Part shown: positions 36,890 to 48,597 of the stretch, one piece after another
How the letters are laid out: each line of letters opens with the position of its first letter
Numbering within the stretch: position 1 is the stretch's first letter
Origin: Octopus sinensis
Taxonomy: Eukaryota
Assembly (NCBI RefSeq): GCF_006345805.1
Contig: NC_043000.1
Location: 18,476,001 to 18,540,000 of the forward strand
Direction of reading: 5' to 3'
Length of the DNA stretch: 64,000 bases
Position numbers and translations under genes: made by a program
Notes under the pieces: generated by a model
What the model was told of the DNA's origin: nothing
Seen by the model: the letters and a program-made list of their open reading frames with translations, nothing else
Databases searched by the model: none

Positions 36890-37277
36890 TGAAATCGAAA
36901 TCGAAATTGAACCAATCCTATGACTGGCACCCGGCAGATGCCAGGACCCCTGGACTGGTGGTATGTAAAAAGCACTATCCGAATCGTGGCCGATGCCAGC
37001 GCAGCCTCGACTGGCTTCCGTGCCGGTGGCACGTAAAATGCACCAATCCGACCGTGGCCGTTGCCAGCCTCGCCTGGCATCTGTGCGGGTGGCACGTAAA
37101 AAGCACCCACTACACTCACGGAGTGGTTGGCGTTAGGAAGGGCATCCAGCTGTAGAAACATTGCCAGATCAGACTGGAGCCTGGTGCAGCCTTCTGGCTT
37201 CCCAGATCCCCGGTCGAACCGTCCAACCCATGCTAGCATGGAGAACGGACGTTAAACGATGATGATGATGATGATAT
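36890..37277 (+). mobile_element. RTE 3' end (family A)
   Basis: Same core and tail; inverted relative to 36218-36580. Confidence 0.85.
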
Positions 37278-38041
37278 GAATTAAGAAAAATCTATGACAA
37301 TATTACAAAATCAATGAAAGAAGAAAGGAAAGAAATCTTGGTCAATTTTAATATCAAAGCAAGTTCAAATCCTCAGACAATAATATTCAATTTATAACAT
37401 AACCAACGCCCCACAACATATTAGGTTATGCAGTGCTACAACAACACATGTGTTAATTTTAAAGTTTAACACAAGAAAAGTTGTTCCATCTTACAGCATA
37501 TAGTTGTTGCTGTTTAGCCCAAAGCCAGTCTGACTCCAGCCAACCTATGTTTAAAAGTATTCCAGCCAGGACTATCCCACCTCTTTCTCTTGAGTATTAC
37601 TTATCTACGACTGTATTGTCCAATGTGTTTTTCCCATTTCATGATAGTAGAATGTAATTTGAAGAAAATTTGGCTGCTATTTCTAGGGAGCAGAGGAATG
37701 GAGCAAACAGCGCTTCATGTCAGCCAACTGGTCGGAGTTCTGCTGATTTCATGCTAGCTATCGCTGGCAGCACAGGTACTTCATCTTTGACCCATCAGAA
37801 ACAGATAAGCAGGTTACTAAACAAGCTCTCCTGCCTCACATACTTTAGTCAGTCCTTTTAGTCCCTTACCAAAAGATTTCTACTAACCTTGCAGAATCTT
37901 TAATTTGTCCACTTCTAAAACAAGATGGTTCTGTAAGTAGTAATCCCACATGAAAAATCCCACACTTGCAACCAAACTTCACATTTAAATCCACACTACA
38001 GGTGCTAAATAAATTTCCTCCAAATCTACCCATTCCATTCT

Positions 38042-38258
38042 TATTTCTTTACTGCCCACAAGGGGCTAGACATAGAGGAGACAAACGGATTAAGTCAATT
38101 ACATCGACCCCAGTGCGTAACTGGTACTTATTTAATCGACCCCGAAAGGATGAAAGGCAAAGTCGACCTCGGCGGAATTTGAACTCAGAACGCAACTGCA
38201 GACGAAATACTGCTGAGCATTTCACCCGGCGTGCTAACGATTCTGCCATATCGCCGCC
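38042..38258 (-). mobile_element. SINE family C
   Basis: Full-length; diverged copies at 30762-30925, 32014-32140, 32594-32812 and 35665-35880. Confidence 0.85.
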
Positions 38259-38279
38259 AAGCTAACTACCATGCATACA

Positions 38280-39290
38280 TATAAACCAAGGGTAAAAGCA
38301 TTCCTAATGGCTTCAAATCAATTAAGGCCACTCTCCTTGTAGGTTTTAATGCCACAAGCAATATCCTCAAACAACGCACCCATGAGCTAACCTCTGTCCT
38401 GGCCAGACACTTCTATCTCCTTCTTTGGAAACATGCTCCAGTGTGTTCCATTCCCAAGAATAGCAACCCCTCTAATTCTACCAACTATCAAGCATTCACA
38501 CTCACTTCTCACATAAGCAACCATCTTCCTGACCTTGAATTCATCTCCCTTCTTAGGAGCTACCGAAATGGCCTTCATAAAGCCAAATCTACTGGAGATC
38601 TATGTTTTTGTGTCACTTATAGTTAGACTCTTTGCTTTCAAGAAATTTAGTGACAACAGTGTTGTTACCCTGAACATCAGCAAGACTTTGGACTGTGTCT
38701 GGTATGCAAATCTTCTGACAAAACAGTTTCCTTATGAATTGATGACTGCCTGTTAAATAGTACCATTGTACCTATTTCTTTATTACCCACAAGGGGCTAA
38801 ACACAGAGAGGACAAACAAGGACAGACAAAGGGATTTAGTCAATTATATCGACCCCAGTGCGTAACCGGTACTTATTTAATTGACCCCGATAGGATGAAA
38901 GGCAAAGTCGACCTCAGCGGAATTTGAACTCAGAACGTAGCGGCAGACGAAATACTGCTAAGCATTTCGCCCGGCATGCTAACGTTCTGCCAGCTCGCCG
39001 CCTTATTGTACCATTTACTGATGAAGCTCTCTCTAGCCTTAATTCTATGAATTCTAGTATACCTAATACTTTGATTTTTTTTTTATCCAGCACTCATCCT
39101 CCTGTATATCAACAATCTGCTTGCCATCATCTTGAACAATGCCCATTCCTATGCTAAAGATACCACCCTTCATGTTTCCCTAATCTGTCATGTGCACGCA
39201 TTATCCACATACAGCCTAAACACCTCTTACCAAATCTGCACTGATTCTACCAACAGAGACCATGAAAACGTTCTTTAATAGAGTTATGCC
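38280..39290 (+). mobile_element. Decayed CR1/L2/Jockey-like RT relic, interrupted by a SINE
   Basis: WKHAPVCSIPK..NPSNSTNYQAFTLTS and LNISKTLDCVWY..LL motifs. Confidence 0.7.
38773..39004 (-). mobile_element. SINE family C inserted in a LINE relic
   Basis: Full-length. Confidence 0.87.
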
Positions 39291-39362
39291 AATTTTATCT
39301 CTTTCAAGAGTACAAAGACAAAATTAACTGAACGTATCAAATAAATATTATCAGAAGTGGCT

Positions 39363-39750
39363 ATAGGCGCAAGAGTGGCTGTGTGGTAAGTAGCTTGCTT
39401 ACCAACCACATGGTTCCGGGTTCAGTCCCACTGCGTGGCATCTTGGGCAAGTATCTTCTGCTATAGCCCCGGGCCGACCAATGCCTTGTGAGTGGATTTG
39501 GTAGACAGAAACTGAAAGAAGCCTGTCGTATATATGTATATATATATGTGTGTGTGTTTTCCCCCTAGCATTGCTTGACAGCCAATGCTGGTGTGTTTAC
39601 ATCCCCGTCACTTAGCGGTTCGGCAAAAGAGACCGATAGAATAAGTACTGGGCTCACAAAGAATAAGTCCCGGGGTCGATTTGCTCGACTAAAGGCGGTG
39701 CTCCAGCATGGCCGCAGTCAAATGACTGAAACAAGTAATAGAGTAAAAGA
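39363..39750 (+). mobile_element. SINE family B
   Basis: Match to family. Confidence 0.9.
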
Positions 39751-39870
39751 TTAAAGAGAGAGAGATCTTCCTTAAATATGAAGGGCACACAAGAAGAACA
39801 ATTGAGGTCACTACAAATGTTGGGCATCACTATCATTGAGGATCCAAATCATCACAATGAATATAAACTA

Positions 39871-40073
39871 CCGTATTTGATGGCATATAGGATGCACTTT
39901 TTTCCAAAAAATTTGGCTCAAAAAATCGCCCTGCGTCTAATATGCGAAGTCAAGACCCTCCCGTAGGCTAATCTTCTCCCAGACGCTCACTAACCTAGCT
40001 TACGATAAGTATTTCTACCTACGCTAACGCCTTAATGATATTTTCTGTACTCATGCATCATTATTTTATTGCT

Positions 40074-40110
<37 letters not shown>

Positions 40111-41285
40111 GTATTATTACTTTAAAATACGAATTATCGTAAAAATCAAAGCAATCTACCATAAATTGTTAGGCTGCGATCCATGACACACGTTTACTAA
40201 TATCAGCTGATCGGAACCCTAACTTGATGCCATCTGATGGTGAGGAGTAAAACTACGGAATGCACATGATCATTACGAGTTCGTGTATATACGGAGGTAG
40301 GTTGGATACAACAAAGTTTATGGTACAATAAAGTTTATGATCATAACAAAACACACTACAACAGTACAAGCACACTCACGGCTATGGCAGCAAAAAGATC
40401 AAGCTACAAAATCTCCCACAAACTACGAGTGGTAGATTATGCCAAGGAGCATGGAAATAGAGCAGCAGCAAGGGTTTTTGGGCCACCACCTACAGAAAAA
40501 ATGATACGTGTCTGGCGACAGCAAGAAGAGCAGCTGATGAGAGCACAGAAAGGCAAACATAACCTTTGTTGCCCAGCCCCACATTGGCCAGAACTTGAGG
40601 ATGATATAAAAACGTGGGTGCTTGATGAGAGAAACTCAGGGAGAAGTGTATCTACCAAAATGATAATTCATGAGGCCATGAGGGTAGCAGAACAACGAGG
40701 GATACAGAACTTTGCAGGAACAGAAGGTTGGTGTTACAGGTTTATGAAACGGAAGGATTTATCAATGTGTACAAAAACATCCATTGCACAAAAAATGCCT
40801 GCTGATTATGAAGAAAAAATATTAGATTTTCATAGATTTGTTATAAATGCAAGAAAGAAAATTTGTTTTGAACTGGGCCAAATAGGGAATATGGACGAAG
40901 TTCCACTCACATTTGATGTACCATCCAATACGACTGTGAGTGTCTAAGGGTCTAAAACGGTTTCGATAAAAACCACTGGCCACGAAAAGACCCACTATAC
41001 AGTAGCTCTGGCCTGTTGTGCTGATGGCATAAAACTGCCACCTCTTTTGATATTTAAGAGAAAAACTCAGCCTAAGGATAAAATTCCAAGAGGTGTACTA
41101 GTTCATGTTCACGAAAAAGGTTGGATGGACGAAAATGGAATGAAACTGTGGTTACAAAATATATGGTCAAGGCGTCCTGGTGGACTATTAATGTGCTGCT
41201 AGACTGCTTAAATATATGCTTAAATACACTTAAAACTTTTTTTCCTGCTGAAATGAGGGTGTGTCTAATATGCCGTCAAATACAA
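39871..41285 (+). mobile_element. pogo/Tigger-like DNA transposon, internally deleted
   Basis: TA-flanked TIRs (CCGTATTTGATGGCATAT... / ...ATATGCCGTCAAATACAA); contains a transposase remnant. Confidence 0.9.
40384..41202 (+). pseudogene. POGK-like pogo transposase pseudogene (Brinker-like HTH, CENP-B HTH, partial DDE_1)
   Basis: ORF 40384-40947 continues in frame past TAA (GSKTVSIKTTGHEKTHYTV...KGWMDENGM); NMDEVP carries the first catalytic D; the rest of the DDE domain is deleted. Confidence 0.88.
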
Positions 41286-41555
41286 TAATTTGATACGTTA
41301 TAACAAATATAGGTCAGATAAGAGCATGTCATTGATGAGGTGGCAAAAAACAATGAAAAACTCAATCAAATAATTTTTTTCCTTGTAAAATAATCCTTTT
41401 TAAATGTCTGTTAAAGAAGAAGTGTTCTTGCCTTATCTACATGCTTTTAGCACACAGAGTATGTGAAATAAGTCTTTATTATGATGCAAATTTTTATAGT
41501 AAGAAAATGTACAAAAAAAAATATCACAAGAAGATAATCTAAAAATGAATATTTA

Positions 41556-41590
<35 letters not shown>

Positions 41591-41594
41591 TGTG

Positions 41595-41890
41595 ATCACC
41601 GTGACTGACCAGGCTATCAGATGTTGCTACACATCGCTGGTCACAATGCGCTTCACATTGTTTTAGCCTTCAAATGACGCCACCCCGCTGGCTAAGCGAG
41701 CAGGCCAACAGAAGAATGAGTGAGAGAAAGTTGTGGCAAAAGAGTACAGCAGGGATCGCCACCCCACCCCTGCTGGAGCCTTGTGAAGCTTTAGGTGTTT
41801 TTGCTCAATAAACATTCACAACGCCAGGTATGGGAATTGAAACCGTGATCTTACAACCGCGAGTCCGCTGCCTTAACCACTGCGCCTCCA
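41595..41890 (-). mobile_element. SINE family D (tail type ii)
   Basis: Left arm of a head-to-head pair. Confidence 0.88.
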
Positions 41891-41904
41891 TGTATATATA
41901 TATA

Positions 41905-42208
41905 GTGGAGGCACAATGGCCCAGTGTTTAGGGCAGCGGACTTGCGCTTGTAGGATCGCGGTTTCGATTCCCAGACCAGGCGTTGTGAGTGCTTATTGAG
42001 CGAAAACACCTAAAGATCCACGAGGCTCCGGCAGGGGATGCTGGTGATCCCTGCTGTACTCTTTCGCCACAACTTTCTCTCACTCATTCTTCTGTTGGCC
42101 TGCTCACTTAGCCAGCGGGGTGGCGTAATTTGAAGTCTAAAACAATGCGAAGCGCATTGTGACCAGCGATGTGTAGTAACATCTGATGGTCTGGTCGGTC
42201 ACGGTGAT
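41905..42208 (+). mobile_element. SINE family D (tail type ii)
   Basis: Right arm of a head-to-head pair. Confidence 0.88.
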
Positions 42209-42247
42209 ATATATATATACATACATACATAAACACTTGTTTCTTAC

Positions 42248-42362
42248 CTTGATAACTTTGTAACCAAGTAATTTAAGATGCCGTACTTTCATTGTTTGTT
42301 CACCCAATAGTATGTTTGTATTGACACAATAATGTTCTGGTTGATGAAGAATGATAGCAAGT
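42248..42362 (-). CDS. FASTKD3: FASTKD coding exon 5, RAP domain (RLAIILHQPEHYCVNTNILLGEQTMKVRHLKLLGYKVIK)
   Basis: 115 nt, phase 2/0; classic RAP motif LLG...K.RHL..LGY.V; donor GTAAGA. Confidence 0.93.
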
Positions 42363-42872
42363 CTGAAAATGTAAATTTTCGTACAGATAACTTTGATTAT
42401 TTGTCCTTATGCTTTCACTTTTATTTTCACATATGTTTACTTTTTTATACTTCATATTTTGTTTTGTCTCATTTCTTACTTCAAGTTGTAATTCATTTAT
42501 AATATTTTACATCAAAATTTTCAAATTATATGAGTTCTAATGTGTGAATGATCTAAATGTGCTAAAATTCTACCATTATTGCTTGGAAAGGATGAGGAGT
42601 AATTAGTAACTGGCCTTAATTGTTCAGCATTCAGAATGCTCCATGAAATGTAATGCCAATTTACTCACATTGTTTTCAGTTAATCATGCATTACTTTGCA
42701 GTTTTGAGATTTCAAAAATCTGTTTGATTATGTAGGGTAGGTGTGAGAAGTTAAATCTGGCAGGTTTGAACATAAAACATGTAAAATATTTTGGGCCAGA
42801 CATGGCCAGCTTAAATGCTAAAGAAGTTTTTAGAAACAATTTTTTCATTAGTTTTGGAAACTGATATTGAGA

Positions 42873-43670
42873 GGTAATATTTATCCCCACTTAAACATGG
42901 CTGTTCTGTTAGAACACACTATAAATGCATTAGATACCACAAAAGAAACTTTCACATTGGCTATTGGTGCAAAATGCAATGATGTTTATATCACTAGAGG
43001 GGAGATAATCCCTGCCACCTTCAGTGCTGAGATCATGTGATTACAACCTCCCTTGGTCTTGTCAATGATGGATGCTCAACTGCAAGAGGTAACAGAAACT
43101 CATTTTTCCACCAGCGATATATAGAAAAACAGTGCTAGAACATGCACTGATGTTGTGAGCTGGTTAAAAAATATATATAAGCGACAGAGGCAGTATCAAT
43201 ACTCATCATCATCATCATTTAGCATCCGCTTTCCATGCTAGCATGGGTTGGACGGTTCAACTGGGGTCTGTGAAGCTGGAAGGCTGCATCAGGCCCAGTC
43301 AGATCTGGCAGTGTTTCTACGGCTGGATGCCCTTCCTAATGCCAACCACTCCGTGAGTGTAGTGGGTGCTTTTTACGTGCCACCTGCACAGGTGCCAGAC
43401 GGAGCTGGCAAACGGCCACGAACGGATGGTGCTTTTACGTGCCACCGGCACGGGGGCCAGGTGTGGCTGGCAACGGACACGAACGGATGGTGCTTGGTAA
43501 TATTTATCCCCATTTAAATGTGAATGTTCTGTTAGAACAAACTATACTGCGGTAGATAGCATGAGAGATACTCTTATATTGGCTTCTGGTTTAAAATGCA
43601 CTCGTGTTTATATCTCCAGCAGGGAGATAAATTCCTGTCACCCCCAGGGCTGAGAGAGATCTCAGCACCT
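42873..43670. repeat. Diverged ~170-bp duplicated unit (42873-43045 and 43497-43670)
   Basis: Shared ggtaatatttatcccc, tgttctgttagaaca, attggct, aaaatgca and gggagataa blocks. Confidence 0.75.
43204..43495 (-). mobile_element. RTE 3' end (family A)
   Basis: Same core and tail. Confidence 0.88.
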
Positions 43671-43719
43671 GGCTACATGTTCTCTGTCTAACGTAAAGCA
43701 AAAGCTTTTCAAATTATAT

Positions 43720-43915
43720 ACTCTTACTCTCTTTTACTCTTTTACTTGTTTCAGTCATTTGACTGTGGCCATGCTGGAGCACCGCCTTTAGTCGAGCAAA
43801 TCGACCCCAGGACTTATTCTATTGGCCTCTTTTGCTGAACCGCTAAGTTACGGGGACATGAACACATCAGCATCGGTTGTCAAGCGATTTTGGGGGGACA
43901 AACACAGACACACAA

Positions 43916-43948
<33 letters not shown>

Positions 43949-44120
43949 CATATACACGACAGGCTTCTTCCAGTTTCCGTCTACCAAATCCACTCACAAG
44001 GCCTTGGTCGGCCCGAGGCTATAGTAGAAGACACCTGCCCATGGTGCCATGCAGTGGGACTGAACCCGGAACCATGTGGTTGGTAAGCAAGCTACTTACC
44101 ACACAGCCACTCCTGCGCCT
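43720..44120 (-). mobile_element. SINE family B
   Basis: Match to family. Confidence 0.9.
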
Positions 44121-44265
44121 TATATATATTTCATTTATAAATAGGATTTTCTGTTATTCATTTATTTGTTTCAATGAGTGAAAGATAAAAGATATGCTTA
44201 ACACTCGTTCAACAACATGGCATATAATTTAGAACATTGCTAAAGTAATTAAACAAAATTGTTAC

Positions 44266-44338
44266 CTTGAATGAATGTTCTGAGGTGCAGCACCAACTGG
44301 GAGTGGAAGTTGTTCTGAATCAAGTGTGATTTCAAAAT
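44266..44338 (-). CDS. FASTKD3: FASTKD coding exon 4 (DFEITLDSEQLPLPVGAAPQNIHS-R)
   Basis: 73 nt, phase 1/2; D.E..LD....LP motif. Confidence 0.88.
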
Positions 44339-44383
44339 CTGAAATACAAGAAAAAGTATTATTATTCTAAGAAAATTAAATAT

Positions 44384-44606
44384 TACTCTTTACTCTTTTA
44401 CTTGTTTCAGTCATTTGACTGCGGCCATGCTGGAGCACCGCCTTTAGTCGACCAAATCGACCCCAGGTATTATTCTTTGTAAGCCCAGTACTTATTCTAT
44501 CGGTCTCTTTTGCCGAACCGCTAAGTGACAGGGACGTAAACACACCAGCATCGGTTGTCAAGCGATTTTGGGGGGGACAAACACAGACACACAAACATAT
44601 ATATAT

Positions 44607-44654
<48 letters not shown>

Positions 44655-44829
44655 ATATATATACATATACACGACAGGCTTCTTTCAGTTTCCGTCTACC
44701 AAATCCACTCACAAGGCCTTGGTCGGCCCGAGGCTATAGTAGAAGATGCTTGCCCAAAGTGTCACGCAGTGGGACTGAACCCGGAACCATGTGGTTGGTT
44801 AGCAAGCTATTTACCACACAGCCACTCCT
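44384..44829 (-). mobile_element. SINE family B with expanded (TA)n
   Basis: Match to family. Confidence 0.9.
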
Positions 44830-44933
44830 TTATTGTATATATTTAGAGACGAAAATAAATACTTTTTTTGTGAAAACATTTTAAAAGTTTCCAACAGGAT
44901 GCAACAAGTAATGCAGTTGAAAGTGATTGATGT

Positions 44934-45172
44934 TCATCATCATCATCATCGTTTAACGTCCGTTTTCCATGCTGGCATGGGTTGGACAGTTTGACTGAGG
45001 ACCGGCAAGCCAGGAGGCCACACCAGGCTCCAGTCTGATCTGGCAAGGTTTCTATGGCTGGATGCTCTTCCTAACACCAACCACTCCATGAGTGTAGTAG
45101 GTGCTTTTTACGTGCCAGACGGGGCTGGCAAACGGCGACGATCGGATGGTGCTTTTTACGTGCCACCGGCAC
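44934..45172 (-). mobile_element. RTE 3' end (family A)
   Basis: Same core and tail. Confidence 0.82.
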
Positions 45173-45489
45173 AGCAAAACAACTGTACTTGTTCCTCTAT
45201 CATACTTTAGCATCTCAACACCTGGCATAAAGCCACCTCTACCTCTACTCCAACCCACCCAGCAGTTGAGGTGGTTTCTTTTCTCTTTACCTTGCAAGTT
45301 ATTTGACAACTTCATTCATGCTGGTGTTATGAAAAAATACTAAGTACAATCTAGAAAGTGGCTGGCATTAGGAAAGGTATCCAACCACAGAAACCATATC
45401 AAAGCAGACATTAAAGATTGATGCAGACCTCTGGCTTGTTGGATGCTGTTAAACTCTTCTGTCATGCCAGCATGGAAAACATGTGATGA

Positions 45490-45739
45490 TGGTGGCACGT
45501 AAAAAGCACCATCCGTCCGTGGCCGTTTGCCAGCTCCGTCTGGCACCAGTGCGGGTGGCACGTAAAAAGCACCCACTACACTCGTGGAGTGGTTGGCGTT
45601 AGGAAGGGCATCCAGTCGTAGAAACACTGCCAGATCAGACTGGGCCTGATGCAGCCTTATGGCTTCACAGACCCCAGTTGAACCATCCAACCCATGCTAG
45701 CATGGAAAGCGGATGCTAAATGATGATGATGATGATGAA
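45490..45739 (+). mobile_element. RTE 3' end (family A)
   Basis: Same core and tail. Confidence 0.85.
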
Positions 45740-45871
45740 GTTAAGTATATTTCAAATTGCAATGCAAGATTATATTTTATGATTTTGAAGAAATCAAAAA
45801 ATCAGTTGGCCCTAACACTTCGACACTATACTTTCATTAGGCTAAAATTTGATACATAAAGAGATACAAAC

Positions 45872-45982
45872 CAATGGTGTAAATTGATTTCACAGCTAAT
45901 TTTTTAATCTCTATTTTATCCAGACCAATGAGATGATTGAGATTTTTCAAAACTTTTCGATGGAGAACTGTGGTTGATATAC
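45872..45982 (-). CDS. FASTKD3: FASTKD coding exon 3 (S-ISTTVLHRKVLKNLNHLIGLDKIEIKKLAVKSIYTI-D)
   Basis: 111 nt, phase 1/1, strong acceptor ttttcattcAG, donor GTTTGT; the junction forms the YTID motif. Confidence 0.85.
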
Positions 45983-46079
45983 CTGAATGAAAAAGAAGAA
46001 ATAATTCATACATTTATTATTATTTTTCTGTCCCTAAAGGAAATATGAAAATTTTATTGATTTCTTTTTCTTTTATAGA

Positions 46080-46290
46080 ATAAAGTTTTACGGAGATGTA
46101 CTCGCATAGCAAGTGACCTGATCTGAGATCGTGTGCTGGAACGAAAACAATTGCAGTGTGGAAGGTGTTTGTAAGCCATTTAAGAAACACACAAAAGCCG
46201 TTCGATTCACTTCAACATTTAAGTTTAATTTGTCAAAATATTTTCGTCGCTTTAGGACCGCGACCTGTTCACTGACAAAAATCTGTGATT
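46080..46290 (-). mobile_element. Penelope-like pLTR fragment carrying a hammerhead-like motif
   Basis: Non-SINE repeat-like block containing the minimal hammerhead fold; PLE assignment is inferred. Confidence 0.45.
46229..46279 (-). ncRNA. Candidate minimal type I hammerhead ribozyme, G3:C8 variant
   Basis: UUUGUCA-GUGAACA-G-GUCGC(ggUccUaaa)GCGAC-GAAA-AUAU-UU^UGACAAA: stem I 7 bp, stem II 5 bp, palindromic loop III. Confidence 0.55.
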
Positions 46291-46774
46291 TTAAGCAATC
46301 TCACAGCATTACTACTCAAATACAATCTATTTCAGTCTATCTATCAGATTATTTTTTTCTTTCTAATGTATATGTGTGTGTGAAAGCACATGGCCTCGTA
46401 GTTTTGGATGTTGCAATCAGTAAGATTGTGGTTTCAATTCCCACACTGGCGTTGTATTGTGTTCTTGAGCAAAACACTTCGTTTCATATTGCTCCAGTCC
46501 ACTCAACAGTAAATGTATAGCCTTGCAAATAAACTGGCATTCCATTCTATTCAGGGGGAATATAGGCATCATTTGAAAGCTGTGACAATGTGAGAAAGCG
46601 CATTGTGATCAGTGGTGTATAACACCTGATAATCTGGTTGATACAATGATTGGTCTAAATACATAGCATCATATATATATATAATAGTTTCATGCTATTA
46701 TGACACTTGAACAAGCATATTTATAAAATATACCATGTATCTTAAAGCAATCTTTCAAGCTTCATTTATGCATT

Positions 46775-47171
46775 ACTCTCTTACTCTTTTACTTGTTTCA
46801 GTCATTTGACTGTGGCCATGCTGGAGCACCGCCTTTAGTCGAGCAACTTGACCCCAGGACTTATTCTTTGTAAGCCCAGTACTTATTCTATCGGTCTGTT
46901 TTGCCGAACCGCTAAGTTATGGAGGACATAAACACACCAGCATCGGTTGTCAAGCAATGCTAGGGGGACAAACACAGACACACACATATATGTATATACA
47001 TATATATGACGGGCTTCTTTCAGTTTCCATCTACCAAATCTACTCACAAGGCTTTGGTCGGCCTGAGGCTATAGTAGAAGACACTTGCCCAAGATTCCAT
47101 GCAGTGGGACTGGACCCAGAACCATGTGGTTGGTTAGCAAGCTACTTACCACACAGCCACTCCTCCGCCTA
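46775..47171 (-). mobile_element. SINE family B
   Basis: Match to family. Confidence 0.9.
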
Positions 47172-47530
47172 TATATATAAATTATATATAATTTTTGCAA
47201 ACAAGGGCGCTGGTCAGTATGAAAATAAAAAACATGAAGAAAGTTGGTGCAAAAAAATGGAATGTGAAAAAAGAAACTAAGAAAATTTGAGAGAAAGTAG
47301 CTTCAAAGCATTGATGTGAAGCAAATTAATACAGCGTAATGACACGCCCCAACATCAGTAGGAATATCCCTTGCGTAATTTATGCAGCTTTTAAGATTCA
47401 GGGCTTGTCTTGCATGCTACATACTTTGCCAAGAGTATAAACACAACGAATCATAAGTCTATAAGAACAGTTTTCATCTCATAATACAAAACAATACAAA
47501 CCATAAAGCATAACATAATTACATAAACTA

Positions 47531-47931
47531 CTAGCAGTATCACCCGGCGTTGCTCGGGTTTGTAAGGGAAATAACTATATAAGCATTTTTAGAGAGTTAT
47601 AGCCAAAAAATAGCAAAAAAAATGCATTAAAAATGGAAAAAAAATGATGGTAAATTTTTTAAAAAATCGTTGACTCATCGTAGACATTTTTAGAGAGTTA
47701 CTTCTCTTATATAATAGCGAAAAAATGCTTTAAAATGGAAAAAAATGATGGTAAATTATTTTTAAAATCGTAGACTGACGTAGACGCGCACTAATACCCA
47801 GAAGGGCTCGATATGAATCACAACTATAAGATACCCAGTTTTGGTTAACCTGCACCGCAAAATGTGGGAGTAGTTAGGAATCTAAATCGTAGGAGACAGA
47901 CAGCACACAACCTCACTTTTATATATAAAGA
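47531..47931 (-). mobile_element. Second copy of the Helitron-like family, with an internal ~100-bp duplication
   Basis: Reverse complement of 31110-31406 with the same termini. Confidence 0.8.
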
Positions 47932-48029
47932 TTACAATATATATCATCAACATCATCATCACTTAATGTCTACTTCTCCATGCATGCATGGGTCAGACAA
48001 ATTTTTACTGAGGGATTTGTATTTTTGTG

Positions 48030-48596
48030 GTACCAGTGCCGGTGGCACATAAGAAAACCATCCGAACGTGGCCGTAGCCAGTACCGCATTGACTGGCCTC
48101 CGTGCTGTGGGCACGTAACAAACACCATCCGGTCGTGGCCGTGCCAGCGTTGCCTGGCCTCCGTGCCGGTGGCACGTAAAAAACACCATCCGAGCGTGGC
48201 CGTTCGCCAGCCTCGTCTGGCACCTGTGTCGGTGGCACATAAAAAACCCCATCCGAGCGTGGCCGTTCGCCAGCCTCGTCTGGCACCTGTGTCGGTGGCA
48301 CATAAAAAACCCCATCCGAGCGTGGCCGTTCGCCAGCCTCGTCTGGCACCTGTGTCGGTGGCACATAAAAAACACCATCCGAGCGTGGCCGTTCGTCAGC
48401 CTCGTCTGGCACCTGTGTCGGTGGCACATAAAAAGCACCCACTACACTCACGGAGTGGCTGGCATTAGGAAGGGCATCCAGCTGTAGAAACACTGCCAGA
48501 TCTGACTGGCCTGGTGCAGCCTTCAGGCTTCCCAGACCCCAGTTGAACCGTCCAACCCATACTAGCATGGAAAGCGGACGTTAAACGATGATGATT
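48030..48596 (+). mobile_element. RTE 3' end (family A) with expanded minisatellite
   Basis: Same core and tail. Confidence 0.88.
48170..48435 (+). repeat. 63-bp minisatellite (about 4 near-identical units) inside an RTE 3'UTR
   Basis: Unit gtggcacataaaaaaccccatccgagcgtggccgttcgccagcctcgtctggcacctgtgtcg; produces the spurious repetitive ORFs 47959-48568. Confidence 0.95.
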
Positions 48597-48597
48597 T

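Noticed and set aside
39778-39966. Plus-strand ORF with RAP-like LRSLQMLGITII
   Set aside because: Wrong strand, runs into the pogo TIR, and the true RAP exon is at 42248-42362.
47959-48568. Long repetitive ORFs in several frames
   Set aside because: Produced by a stop-free 63-bp minisatellite in an RTE 3'UTR.
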